From the NCBI GenBank assembly GCA_964442365.1, contig CAYTZA010000002.1, positions 1 through 59,198 on the forward strand: DNA of 59,198 nucleotides, written 5' to 3'. The notes beneath the pieces are model-generated. The model saw only the letters and a list, made by a program, of their open reading frames with translations. It did no database searches and had not been told where the DNA came from. Within the stretch, counting starts at the first letter, position 1. Each line of letters starts with the position of its first letter. The translations under genes and the position numbers were made by a program. Shown one piece after another: positions 17,458-27,243 of this stretch. This DNA comes from an uncultured Candidatus Saccharibacteria bacterium. GTDB taxonomy: Bacteria; Patescibacteriota; Minisyncoccia; Phycocordibacterales; DAORIS01.

Positions 17458-18778
17458 GTGACAGTAATTCAATAGCTTTAGTTATACGACTCAGAGTACG
17501 TTCTTTTCCAAGTGCATGAGCGAGACTGAAAGGGTCAGGAGATTTATCTTTTCCAGAAAGAGATAAACGCAAAGGCCATAATACTTCTCCTTTACCTGTT
17601 TCTTCGACGTATGACCATATACTGTTTTTAACTGTATCGGCAGTCCAAGGTTCAGGGGGGACAGCAGAAAGAACGTCTAGAACTTTTTGGAGGCGTTCTT
17701 TTGTGTCTTTGGCCGAAGCCCCTTTCCATAGAAGTTTTGTTGTCTCATATGAAGGTTCAGTAAAAAAGAAGTCATATTCACCAGACTTTTTAAGAGTATC
17801 TATGTCTCCCCATGTTTCAATACGATCACGTACTAAGCTTATAAGTATTGGATTGTCTGTGCCAAGTTTAGAGCTTATTGTTTCAGTCACGATATTTTCT
17901 GGTAAACGTTTGATCCACTCTTTGTTAAGCCAACGAAGTTTTTCAATATTAAATACCGCTCCAGCTTTTTGTATTTTTTCTATAGAAAACTGTTTCAATA
18001 GCTCTTCCATAGTAAACACTTCTTGATCAGTACCAGGATTCCATCCAAGTAGTGCTACAAAATTGATAAGAGCTTCGGGCAAAAAACCTTGATCTCTATA
18101 GTAAAGTGTGGCTACGGATTCACCATGCTTTCTTTTGGATAGTTTTGATTTATCAGGAGCTAGTATGAGTGGTAAGTGTGCGTATATAGGTCTTTTGGCT
18201 CCTAAAGCTTCTATAAGCAAAATCTGACGCGGGGTATTTGATATATGGTCTTCTCCTCGTATAACATGGGTCACTCCCATATCTATATCGTCTACTACTA
18301 CAGCAAGATGGTATACAGGTTCTGTTAGGCTTTTAGCAATAATAAAATCACCAAGCTCTGTAGTGTCAAAAGAAATAGTACCTCGTACCATATCTTCAAA
18401 AGAAATAGTTGTTTTAGGATTTTTAAATCGTATCACTTCACTTCTCTGCCCTATTTCTGTTGGTGTTTCTTTTGATATATATGCATGACCGCTTTCGATA
18501 AGTTGTTTTAGTTTTTCAACATAAAGACTGCTTCGATCTTGTTGGCGAATAGCTTCTCCATCAAAAGGAATACCAAGCCATTTCATACTTTCGTAGATAT
18601 ATTTTTCGTACTCTGGTTTTGAGCGTTCTTTATCTGTATCTTCAATACGTAAACGCATAGTACCTTCATGCTGTTTGGCAAAAAGGTAGTTAAAAAGAAG
18701 TGTTCGAACAGAACCCACATGAAGAAATCCTGTAGGACTTGGTGGAAAGCGTGTAACGATAGAGGTATTAATCTTCAT
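17450..18778 (-). CDS. gltX: Glutamyl-tRNA synthetase
   Basis: RFPPSPTGFLHVGSVRT (HIGH region) and KLSKRKH. Confidence 0.95.
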   Translation of the reverse strand: MKINTSIVTRFPPSPTGFLHVGSVRTLLFNYLFAKQHEGTMRLRIEDTDKERSKPEYEKYIYESMKWLGIPFDGEAIRQQDRSSLYVEKLKQLIESGHAYISKETPTEIGQRSEVIRFKNPKTTISFEDMVRGTISFDTTELGDFIIAKSLTEPVYHLAVVVDDIDMGVTHVIRGEDHISNTPRQILLIEALGAKRPIYAHLPLILAPDKSKLSKRKHGESVATLYYRDQGFLPEALINFVALLGWNPGTDQEVFTMEELLKQFSIEKIQKAGAVFNIEKLRWLNKEWIKRLPENIVTETISSKLGTDNPILISLVRDRIETWGDIDTLKKSGEYDFFFTEPSYETTKLLWKGASAKDTKERLQKVLDVLSAVPPEPWTADTVKNSIWSYVEETGKGEVLWPLRLSLSGKDKSPDPFSLAHALGKERTLSRITKAIELLSHE

Positions 18779-19898
18779 GACTTAATCCTATAGCTAGTAA
18801 CTCTTCAGCAATTTTTTCTCCGGCACTCACAGTACTAAAAGTAGAAGCAGAAGATGACATTTTATCTCGAACTTGTTGATTAGAAAGAATACGTTCTGTT
18901 TCGCTTAACAGTACGTGTGGTGTTAGATTATTTTCTTCTATAACAGAACAAGCTCCACTACGAGCGTAAGCAAAAGCATTTTTCCTTTGATGATCACCGT
19001 TTGAATCAGTGATGGGGATAATAATACTTGGTACATGCCATGAAGCAATCTCAAATATAGTTGATCCAGCTCTTGATATAACAATATCTGCTGCTCCAGC
19101 TGCCATTTTGAGATTGAGAACATTCAGATGATCAAATGGTTTGTACCTTTCAGTATGAGCGCTTGTTTCCAAAGCTATACGCGCTCGACCCGTTACTTCT
19201 GTAAAGTTTAAATCCCCTGTTTGATGAATTATGTAATATTTTTTAACTAATTCTGGTAGTGCATCGAGTACTGTTTCATTGATTGTTGACGATCCTTGTG
19301 ATCCTCCGAGAATCAATACCACAGGAGTTTGTCCATCCATACTAAAAAATTCTTTTCCGATATCACGCGGAGCGATTTGTATATCTTTTCGTATAGGATT
19401 TCCAGTAATTAAAACTGGTTTTTTACGAGGAAAATGTGTTTGAGCTTCAGCATATGAAAGTGCTATGCGATATGCAAAATGTCCTGACCATGCGCTTACT
19501 CTTCCCGGTACGGTATCAGATTCGTGTATGATGACAGGAATACGTAAAAAACGAGCAGCAAAAAGTGTTGGAAAACTTCCAAAACCACCTTTGCTAAAAA
19601 CTACATCGGGATATAGCATGAGCATTTTCCAGCATGCCATGAGTATACTGAAAGGCATTTTAACAATATCAATAATATTGAGAATAGAAAAATATCGACG
19701 TAATTTCCCTGAAGATATACGGATAAATTTTATTTTCTGATCATAGAGAAGTCCTTCGTCATATGGTTCAGGTGCCATAAAAAAAAGTTCTGGCATAACC
19801 AAATGACGTTCTCTAACTAAACGATGTATTTCTTGGGATACTGCTATGATTGGGTAAAAATGCCCTCCTGTACCCCCTCCTGTAAAGACGATTTTCAT
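18768..19898 (-). CDS. murG: Lipid II synthase MurG (UDP-GlcNAc transferase)
   Basis: MKIVFTGGGTGGHFYPIIAV. Sits next to ftsW and mraY. Confidence 0.93.
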   Translation of the reverse strand: MKIVFTGGGTGGHFYPIIAVSQEIHRLVRERHLVMPELFFMAPEPYDEGLLYDQKIKFIRISSGKLRRYFSILNIIDIVKMPFSILMACWKMLMLYPDVVFSKGGFGSFPTLFAARFLRIPVIIHESDTVPGRVSAWSGHFAYRIALSYAEAQTHFPRKKPVLITGNPIRKDIQIAPRDIGKEFFSMDGQTPVVLILGGSQGSSTINETVLDALPELVKKYYIIHQTGDLNFTEVTGRARIALETSAHTERYKPFDHLNVLNLKMAAGAADIVISRAGSTIFEIASWHVPSIIIPITDSNGDHQRKNAFAYARSGACSVIEENNLTPHVLLSETERILSNQQVRDKMSSSASTFSTVSAGEKIAEELLAIGLSHED

Positions 19899-19921
19899 AT
19901 ATAAAACAGTATAACACGTGG

Positions 19922-21013
19922 TTATTTTCTGTGGCGAGAAATATTGAGGATAATACCTACCTGAGAGAGGCCTATAAGCATGGCAGTACCTCCTTGGCTA
20001 ACAAAAAGAAGAGGAACACCAGTAAGTGGCACGAGGCCAAGCATTGCGCCCATATTCATAAAAGATTGCCCTATAAGCAGAGCTGAGAAACCTATCACTA
20101 TACTAGAACCAAAGTGATCTTTGGTTTCCATGGCAATACGTAAAGAGCGTAGAGCAAATGCTAAAAAAAGCAATATAAGAAAGCTTGCCCCTACAAAACC
20201 AAACTCTTCTCCTGCTACTGCAAAAATAGAATCTCCTACCGGTTCTGGTAAAAAATTAAACTTTTGTATACTTTGTCCAAAACCTTTACCAAGAAAACCA
20301 CCTGTACCGATAGTGATAAGTGCTTGTTGTGTTTGATATCCTGCGCCGAGAGCATTTTCAGATGGATTTACAAAAGTAAGTAATCGATCGAGGACATATG
20401 GCCGTATAGAAATAAGACCTACTAACCCTACAAGTCCAATAAGAAAAACAATACCAATATGAAAAAGTTTTCCACCTGCAGCAAAAAACATAGTGATAAG
20501 AGCGATAATAATAATCGGATCAGTGTCTCTTTGGAGAAGTAGGATACCTTCTATAAGGCCAGATAAAAGAATAAGTGGAAGAAGTCCATATGTATAAGTA
20601 TTGATACGATTTTTAAAACTAGAAAGCCAAGCTGCATAATAAAGAATCCCGGCAAATTTTAGTAGTTCGGATGGTTGAAAAGAAAAAGAACCGAAACCAA
20701 GCCAACGCATAGCTCCGCCGTGTTCTATAGCAAGCCCTGGTACAAAAAGAAGAATGTTTACACCTATTGCACCAAGTAATAAATAGAAGGCTATTTTTTT
20801 CCAGAATCGAAAGTCAATTCTAGCCATAATAAGAAGAGCTATGCCACCACCAACGATCCCTATAAGACCCTGTTTTAAAGCGACTGCTCCGAATCCTCCA
20901 CTGCTACGAGCAAGTAGTCCAAGTGATGCCGAAGAAAATATCAAATAACCAAAACCAACCAGTACAACAGTGATTAAAAAAAGCACTTTATCTATGGGTT
21001 GAAGTTTTGTCAT
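19922..21013 (-). CDS. ftsW: SEDS-family peptidoglycan polymerase FtsW/RodA
   Basis: Polytopic membrane protein with conserved C-terminal PLTGVPLLFVSQGGTAM. ATG 21013 overlaps the mraY stop (ATGA). Confidence 0.9.
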   Translation of the reverse strand: MTKLQPIDKVLFLITVVLVGFGYLIFSSASLGLLARSSGGFGAVALKQGLIGIVGGGIALLIMARIDFRFWKKIAFYLLLGAIGVNILLFVPGLAIEHGGAMRWLGFGSFSFQPSELLKFAGILYYAAWLSSFKNRINTYTYGLLPLILLSGLIEGILLLQRDTDPIIIIALITMFFAAGGKLFHIGIVFLIGLVGLVGLISIRPYVLDRLLTFVNPSENALGAGYQTQQALITIGTGGFLGKGFGQSIQKFNFLPEPVGDSIFAVAGEEFGFVGASFLILLFLAFALRSLRIAMETKDHFGSSIVIGFSALLIGQSFMNMGAMLGLVPLTGVPLLFVSQGGTAMLIGLSQVGIILNISRHRK

Positions 21014-22101
21014 CCAATAAGTGCAAGAGATAAGCCAATAATAGCGACCACTACTCCAATAATCCAATATCGCATAGTTACTTTGTACGAAGGCCAGCCA
21101 ATTGCTTCAAAATGATGATGTACAGGAGCAATTCTAAATACTTTTTTACCACGTACTTTTTTAGATATACTTTGGATAATATCAGAGGCTGTAGTTGCCA
21201 CTAAAGGAAAAGCAATAATCGGTAGTACTAAGAGACCATATCCTCCATGTGGAAGAGCTCCGGACTTTTCAGATAGAGCGTCAGTCATGAAAGCAATTAC
21301 TGCAAGTGTAGTAGTGAGGGCCATACTACCTGTTTCGGTCATATAAAAACGTGCAGGAGGTATATTGAACCAAAGAAAAGCCAGTATACCTCCTGCAATT
21401 GTTGCAGAAAGAGCTGCAAGATTGTATTGGTGTTGTGCAAATGCTATACCAGCATATGCTGTAAAAGCAGCGGTAAATACTCCCCCAGCCAAACCGTCGA
21501 TACCGTCGATAACTCCACCGGAATATAGAGCGAGCATGACTATGGCAAAAAGAGGAATAATAAACCAACCAACATAAAGTGAACCATCAAATGGTAAACC
21601 AAGACTATCTATGCCTAATTTTGCATAAAACCAGTATCCCCAAAGTAATCCCATAGCAGTTACAACAAAAAGGCGTTTACTAAGAGAAAGTCCACCTGCT
21701 CCAGTACCAGGAGCTCCTTTTATTTCTAAAAAATCATCAATAAGTCCAACAAAAGCTCCGAGTATGAGAGTTACCAAAGGAATCCACGTTTGGTCTCGAC
21801 TGATAAAATCAAGCTTCGAAAATACTCCATCGATAGTATGTGAAAGAATCCACATGAGTACTGCCACAATAATAACGCTTGCCCAAATAACAATTCCACC
21901 CATACGAGGTGTGCCAGTTTCTTTTTCTTTATGAAGAGAATTAAATACTTCAGCTTCTGTACCATCACGAAGGACCTTGCCACCTTTTTTCTTCCAGAGT
22001 TTGTATTTGTATAAATAGTGAGTAAGGGCCGGTGTACAGAGCACTCCAACTATAAAGGCCATAGCTGAGGGTAGAAAAACTTTTACAACATCTATAATCA
22101 T
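21010..22101 (-). CDS. mraY: Phospho-N-acetylmuramoyl-pentapeptide transferase MraY
   Basis: GTPRMGG, DDFLEIKG, IDGIDGLAGG, and PVHHHFE motifs. Confidence 0.96.
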   Translation of the reverse strand: MIIDVVKVFLPSAMAFIVGVLCTPALTHYLYKYKLWKKKGGKVLRDGTEAEVFNSLHKEKETGTPRMGGIVIWASVIIVAVLMWILSHTIDGVFSKLDFISRDQTWIPLVTLILGAFVGLIDDFLEIKGAPGTGAGGLSLSKRLFVVTAMGLLWGYWFYAKLGIDSLGLPFDGSLYVGWFIIPLFAIVMLALYSGGVIDGIDGLAGGVFTAAFTAYAGIAFAQHQYNLAALSATIAGGILAFLWFNIPPARFYMTETGSMALTTTLAVIAFMTDALSEKSGALPHGGYGLLVLPIIAFPLVATTASDIIQSISKKVRGKKVFRIAPVHHHFEAIGWPSYKVTMRYWIIGVVVAIIGLSLALIG

Positions 22102-22125
22102 ACTTTTTGATTATACGCTTTATAC

Positions 22126-23052
22126 CTATTTTTCCAAAGCAAGATATTCACGTATCGCATTACTTAAAGTATCTACATCAGTAAGACGATCTGTTGGTGT
22201 TGAACCAAGCACAACGATAACAATAGGATGTTGTATACCCATATCAAGAGCTACAGCCAGATTTCCACCTGCAAGGTCACTAGAGCCTGTTTTTGAGGCA
22301 ATAAGGCTCGGTGTACGTGACGCCTGAGTATTTGTATTGATTGCTGTATGTTCGATAGTGTCACTTGTGACAGATATAGCTGGTTTTGTGGTTTGTTCAA
22401 ATATATCAGGATGATTTTTCAATACATATTCATAGAGTCTGGCAACGTCAGCTGCAGAACCATAACCTCCGGCTTGTACAGGATTTACATCTAACCCTGT
22501 TGGATTATAAAAAGACATGGTTGTGAGTTGTAATTCTTGAGCTCGTGTATTCATTTGATCTACAAAACTACCCTGCTCAGGTTTGAGGGCTTCTATTGCT
22601 GAAGCAATGGCTCTGGCACCATCATTTGAAGACATAACTAGAGTAAAATCTAAGATATCTTTCAGTTTCCACCACTCACCAACGAGAAGTCCACTATCAC
22701 CTTCTTCCTTGAGAGAGTCTTGTTGAAAAGCAAATTCAGTATTTGTCGGTGCTTGTTCGGTAGCAACTAGGGCTGTCATGATCTTGGTAAGTGAAGCAAG
22801 GGGGAGTGTGGTGCTTGCATTGTGTGAAAAGAGTACTTTTTGATTTTTTATATCCCATACATAAGCACTTTTTGCTGTTATCTGTACTTTATCAAAAGGA
22901 TTTTCTTTGACGATTTTAATTGGAACTGCAGAGGTTGTTTTTGTTAAAGTAAAAACAGAACGTACGCTTTGTATTGTAAGTGAAAACAGTGGCACACCAA
23001 GAAGGATGCCTACAAATAGTGCATCGGTAAATGTTTTTGGAATTATTTTCAT
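22126..23052 (-). CDS. D-alanyl-D-alanine carboxypeptidase (S11, DacA-like)
   Basis: SLTKIMTA (SxxK), SSNDG (SxN), and KTGSS (KTG). Confidence 0.88.
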   Translation of the reverse strand: MKIIPKTFTDALFVGILLGVPLFSLTIQSVRSVFTLTKTTSAVPIKIVKENPFDKVQITAKSAYVWDIKNQKVLFSHNASTTLPLASLTKIMTALVATEQAPTNTEFAFQQDSLKEEGDSGLLVGEWWKLKDILDFTLVMSSNDGARAIASAIEALKPEQGSFVDQMNTRAQELQLTTMSFYNPTGLDVNPVQAGGYGSAADVARLYEYVLKNHPDIFEQTTKPAISVTSDTIEHTAINTNTQASRTPSLIASKTGSSDLAGGNLAVALDMGIQHPIVIVVLGSTPTDRLTDVDTLSNAIREYLALEK

Positions 23053-23603
23053 GCCGGATTTTCTTTTTGCTTTTCTTTTTCTAAATTAAATTGACGTATT
23101 TTTTCTTGAAATGAAGCATATTCTGGTAAATCTGTGCGTGACTGTATACCTAAGTGTGCTAGAAGTTCTATAGTTGGATTATATGCAAAACTTCTACTAT
23201 CTTTTCCTTCTACTCTTTCTATGAGACCACGCACTAAAAGATTTCTTACAATAAACTGAGAATTGACCCCACGAATATAGTCAATTTCTCTACGTGTGAT
23301 TGGTCCTTCGTAAAGTACAATAGATAGTGTCTCTAAACCAGCTTTACCTAAGTCTTTATTGAGTTCTTCTTTGGTTATTTTTTCTATAAGCTCGCTTAAT
23401 TCTGGTGCTGAACGTAGCTCTGCAACTTCTTCTGTTCGTATAAGACGGATACCGCGAGTATTTAGTATTTCTTCAAGTGATTTGAGAGCTGAAACAATCT
23501 CTTCTGTAGACACTTGAAATATACTACTCAATTCTTTGATTGAAATAGCTTCTCCTTTCCAAAAAAGGAATCCTTCGAGTTTTGTAGTGAGTGTATTATC
23601 CAT
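23049..23603 (-). CDS. scpB: Segregation and condensation protein B
   Basis: LEGFLFWKGEAISIKEL... and ITRREIDYIRGVNS are typical of ScpB. Follows scpA. Confidence 0.9.
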   Translation of the reverse strand: MDNTLTTKLEGFLFWKGEAISIKELSSIFQVSTEEIVSALKSLEEILNTRGIRLIRTEEVAELRSAPELSELIEKITKEELNKDLGKAGLETLSIVLYEGPITRREIDYIRGVNSQFIVRNLLVRGLIERVEGKDSRSFAYNPTIELLAHLGIQSRTDLPEYASFQEKIRQFNLEKEKQKENPA

Positions 23604-24336
23604 AACTTGGTATGCTGACTGTGTCGTTATTGATTTCGATTTCTCCTCCTTGCGTGTCTTGTTTAGCCATTATAACTCCTCTTTTGACGAGCTCAAGCAT
23701 AGCAAGAAAACTTACAATAACATGAACCTTCTCTTCCCTACCAATTTCAGTCTTACCAATACCGGCAAATTCGCTGAAACGTAGAGACATATTTTTTTGT
23801 ACTCGCGTAAGAAGTGTGGTGATCATATCTTCAAGAGAGATAATTTTCCGTACAGTAGCCTGTGGTATTTTTTCAGTTTCTACAATACGACTGAGTACAT
23901 CTTTCATGGATTGTAAAAGATGTGTAACCGATGTCTGTGTGTCTGGTAAAAACATGGTATCAATTCGTGTTCCTGTACTTTTTGAAAACATCAATGTTTT
24001 ACCAAATGATTCTTTAATATGAACAGTAAGATCTTTGATGAGTTTGTAGTGAGCAAGGCGCGATTCGAGTTCCTCGATACTAGCTGTTTCTTCTTCTGTG
24101 AGTTGAAGATTTGGTAAAAGGGATTTTGATTTTATAAGTAATAGAGCTGAAGCTATAAGAATAAATTCAGAACTTTGATCAATAGGAAAATCAGGATGTG
24201 ACTCTATGTATTTTATAAAATCATCAGTAATTTGTGCTAGAGAAATTTCATTGACGAAAAGTTTGCGTGATTCGATGAGTTCCAAAAGTACTTCAAATGG
24301 ACCTTCATATATAGATGTTTTAACGCTATAGGTCAT
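23596..24336 (-). CDS. scpA: Segregation and condensation protein A
   Basis: YEGPFEVLLELIESRKL...ISLAQITDDF is typical of ScpA. Confidence 0.9.
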   Translation of the reverse strand: MTYSVKTSIYEGPFEVLLELIESRKLFVNEISLAQITDDFIKYIESHPDFPIDQSSEFILIASALLLIKSKSLLPNLQLTEEETASIEELESRLAHYKLIKDLTVHIKESFGKTLMFSKSTGTRIDTMFLPDTQTSVTHLLQSMKDVLSRIVETEKIPQATVRKIISLEDMITTLLTRVQKNMSLRFSEFAGIGKTEIGREEKVHVIVSFLAMLELVKRGVIMAKQDTQGGEIEINNDTVSIPSYG

Positions 24337-25352
24337 GAAAAATAATCGATGCCGAGTGCTGTTCTTACCTCGTTTAAAGTTTTAGTAGCAATTTCTCTAG
24401 CCTTTTCTGTCCCCTCTTCTAATACTCTGATCGCATAATCTTTGTCAGAAGCAAATTTTATACGGCGATTACGTATTGGACCAATAATATCTTTAAGTAC
24501 TCCGGCTAAGCGTTTTTTAAGAACGACATCACCTAAACCACCAGCTTGGTATTGTTTTTTAAGCTCAGCCACCTCGTCTTTGTTTGGATCAAATATGTCT
24601 AGATATGTAAAAACAGTATTACCTTCGATTTTTCCGGGATCACTTGCTTTGACGTGTCCAGGATCTGTGAACATAGAATTTACTTTTTTTTCTATTTCTT
24701 CATCACTATCAGAAAGGTATATAGCGTTATTGAGAGATTTTGACATCTTTGCACTACCATCTAAACCGATAAGTCGACTAACTTCTGGTACTACAGGAGT
24801 GATTTTTTGAAATACTTCTCCATAGAGACTGTTAAATTTGTGTACGATTTCATTGCATTGTTCGATTACGGGTAATTGATCGTCTCCTACAGGCACAAGA
24901 GAGGCTTTGCAGAACAATATATCTGCAGCTTGGCTTATTGGATATGTTAAAAATCCAGCTGGTACGTCTTCTCCATAACCTTTTTGTTGCATTTCTGATT
25001 TAACAGTAGGATTTCTCCGTAAGCGTGCAAGAGTAACAAGGTTTAAAAATAAAAGTGCTAATTCGGCTATTTCTGGGACAGCAGACTGTACAAACATGAC
25101 TGTTTTTTGTGGATCCACACCACAAGCTAGGTTATCAAGTACTATTTCTGTAACATTAGTACTTATTTTTTCTGGATTGTCAGCGTTATCTGTCAGGGCT
25201 TGCATATCAGCAACCATGTAGAAACAGTTCCCCGTATATTCTTCTTGTAATTTTATACGGTTTTGTATTGAGCCAATATAGTGCCCAAGATGCAGTTTGC
25301 CTGTAGGGCGATCTCCAGTGAGTACTGTAATTGCTTGTTTATGGGATATCAT
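24333..25352 (-). CDS. trpS: Tryptophanyl-tRNA synthetase
   Basis: GKLHLGHY, GDDQ, and KMSKS. ATG 25352. Confidence 0.95.
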   Translation of the reverse strand: MISHKQAITVLTGDRPTGKLHLGHYIGSIQNRIKLQEEYTGNCFYMVADMQALTDNADNPEKISTNVTEIVLDNLACGVDPQKTVMFVQSAVPEIAELALLFLNLVTLARLRRNPTVKSEMQQKGYGEDVPAGFLTYPISQAADILFCKASLVPVGDDQLPVIEQCNEIVHKFNSLYGEVFQKITPVVPEVSRLIGLDGSAKMSKSLNNAIYLSDSDEEIEKKVNSMFTDPGHVKASDPGKIEGNTVFTYLDIFDPNKDEVAELKKQYQAGGLGDVVLKKRLAGVLKDIIGPIRNRRIKFASDKDYAIRVLEEGTEKAREIATKTLNEVRTALGIDYFS

Positions 25353-25384
25353 ACAAAAAAGTATAACATATATCACTTAAAATA

Positions 25385-25412
25385 TTGACTTATTTATTGA
25401 AAGTAATATGCT
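25385..25412 (+). promoter_or_regulatory. Possible plus-strand promoter pointing into the 25440..25529 element
   Basis: TTGACT (25385-25390), 16-nt spacer, TATGCT (25407-25412). An AT-rich background makes chance matches likely. Confidence 0.3.
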
Positions 25413-25439
25413 TTAGTCTGGTAGTGTCTTTTTGATTCC

Positions 25440-25529
25440 GATCTTCTCTAAGAGCAGAAATGGCTAGGCTGCCAGCGTCCGCTAGTGCGGATATGCAGAT
25501 GGAGGTTGTGCCGCCCTCCAGAGAAGATC
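25440..25529. ncRNA. 90-nt GC-rich structured element closed by a perfect 10-bp helix (strand unresolved)
   Basis: GATCTTCTCT (25440-25449) pairs with AGAGAAGATC (25520-25529). Inside are hairpins CTGC-CAGCG-TCCGC-TAGT-GCGGA-TAT-GCAG and GGAGG-9 nt-CCTCC. It overlaps the last 16 codons of ORF 25482..25757. Confidence 0.45.
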
Positions 25530-25751
25530 AAAGTTTGAAAGATACCTGTCTGAACAAATATATACGGTGACCACTAAATGTTCCTTGTTTCCTATTTCAA
25601 TAACAATAGCTATAGGTTTTTCTTGAAAATTGGTATTTCCTATAAAAATTAATCTCCGTGTATATTTATTTTTTGCCAAACGAACTTCTCTTGGTTTGTG
25701 AAGTATATTTTTCGTTTTGACGCTCTCACTCACACAGTAAAACAAAACCAT
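25482..25751 (-). CDS. Doubtful small ORF (about 89 aa), possibly a toxin-like beta-rich protein
   Basis: No SD (start is TTG 25757 or ATG 25751). The C-terminal 16 codons read through the structured element. ...KEHLVVTVYI resembles endings of small RelE/DUF4258-like toxins only loosely. Confidence 0.35.
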   Translation of the reverse strand: MVLFYCVSESVKTKNILHKPREVRLAKNKYTRRLIFIGNTNFQEKPIAIVIEIGNKEHLVVTVYICSDRYLSNFDLLWRAAQPPSAYPH

Positions 25752-25790
25752 GTTCAAGGAGTATGTAAAATAGATTAAATAAATCTTAAA

Positions 25791-27188
25791 CTATTTCTTT
25801 GGTTTGAGAGTGATACCAAGTTCGAGAAGTTGCTCGGGTGTAATCTCTGCGGGTGAGTCCATCATAAGATCCTTTCCTTCTCCTGTTTTTGGAAATGCTA
25901 TAACTTCACGAATATTTGGTTCGTTCTCTAAAATCATCATTAGTCTATCAAATCCCCAAGCTATACCGCCGTGTGGAGGAGTTCCTGATCGAAAAGCCTT
26001 CAACATATGTCCGAAGTTCTCCTCGATTCTCTCCGATGCATATCCCATGATTTCAAATACTTTAGTAAGGGCTTCTGGTTGATGATTACGAATACTTCCC
26101 CCACCGATTTCATAGCCATTGAGCGCCACGTCATATTGTGTGGTAAGGATCTCACCAATCTGTTCTTTATTCATAAGCCAAGGAAGATGTTCTGGTTTTG
26201 GAGCTGAAAAAGGATTATGTGTAAATGTCCAGCCACCTGTTTCTGTCTTCTCAAAGAAAGGAAAGTCTATAACCCAACAGAAAGCTAAAAGATTGGGATC
26301 TTCTTTGTTAGTACGTAGATCTGGCTTGTCGTTTCCATATTTTTCCATAGCCTCTTTGTATGAAAGTCGAGGAAATGGAATTTCTTGTATTGTTTTATGT
26401 GGATAGAGAGTTTTTACTATATTGATTAAAAGTTCTTCGTTTAAACGCATAACATCTTCGCGCACAACGAAACTCATCTCAAGATCTAGCTGTGTAAATT
26501 CTGGTTGACGGTCTCCACGAGTATCTTCGTCTCGAAGGCACTTGGCAAATTGATAATATCTTTCAAAACCTGCAGTCATGAGGAGTTGTTTGTATTGTTG
26601 TGGAGATTGTGGAAGAGCATAAAACTTTCCCTTCTCTAATCGTGATGGTACAACGTAGTCTCTTGAACCTTCTGGAGTTGACCGCGTAAGGAGCGGTGTT
26701 TCTATTTCAGTAAATTTCTGTTCAGTGAGTTGATTGCGGATAAGTTGTTGTACTTTGTGACGATTACGAATAGTTTTCTGTAATCGTGTACGACGTAAGT
26801 CTATGTATTTATATCGAAGACGTACTTCTTCATTGACCTCTTTTCCATCGGTTTGTATATCAAAAGGTGGAGTTTCTGTTTCGTTTAGTACCTTTATCGA
26901 CAAAATTTCAAGCTCTATAGATCCGTTTGTTTTATCAGCCTGTACGTTTTTATCAGGTCGTTTGTTGACTTTACCTTGTACTTCTACGATCCATTCTGGA
27001 CGAACTTTAGTACCTACTTCATGAGCTTCTTTTGCTCCAGGTAAGATCACACCCTGTACAGTTCCTGTCATGTCTCTGAAATCAAAAAAGATTAGCTTTC
27101 CTTGATCTCTACGTACGTCCACCCAGCCTTTGATGGTAACTTCTGTACCAATTTTATCTGCAAGCTCCCCTATATATATTCGTTCCAT
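25791..27188 (-). CDS. aspS: Aspartyl-tRNA synthetase, bacterial type but lacking the GAD insertion domain
   Basis: FYALPQSPQQYKQ, QPEFTQLDLEMSF, and GGSIRNH...GFDRL. GNDKPDLR is followed almost directly by WVIDFPFFE. Confidence 0.93.
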   Translation of the reverse strand: MERIYIGELADKIGTEVTIKGWVDVRRDQGKLIFFDFRDMTGTVQGVILPGAKEAHEVGTKVRPEWIVEVQGKVNKRPDKNVQADKTNGSIELEILSIKVLNETETPPFDIQTDGKEVNEEVRLRYKYIDLRRTRLQKTIRNRHKVQQLIRNQLTEQKFTEIETPLLTRSTPEGSRDYVVPSRLEKGKFYALPQSPQQYKQLLMTAGFERYYQFAKCLRDEDTRGDRQPEFTQLDLEMSFVVREDVMRLNEELLINIVKTLYPHKTIQEIPFPRLSYKEAMEKYGNDKPDLRTNKEDPNLLAFCWVIDFPFFEKTETGGWTFTHNPFSAPKPEHLPWLMNKEQIGEILTTQYDVALNGYEIGGGSIRNHQPEALTKVFEIMGYASERIEENFGHMLKAFRSGTPPHGGIAWGFDRLMMILENEPNIREVIAFPKTGEGKDLMMDSPAEITPEQLLELGITLKPKK

Positions 27189-27243
27189 AATTCTTACTAT
27201 ACTAGCAGACAATCTATCGTTTTTCCACATTCAAAATTTTAAT

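Noticed and set aside
25440-25529. SRP (4.5S) RNA
   Set aside because: The hairpin CTGC-CAGCG-TCCGC-TAGT-GCGGA-TAT-GCAG superficially resembles domain IV. It lacks the GNRA tetraloop and the conserved 3'-side AGCA loop.
25353-25540. T-box leader for trpS
   Set aside because: Read on the minus strand there is no T-box consensus (…GGTGGNACCGCG…) and no terminator/antiterminator pair with a U-run before the trpS start.
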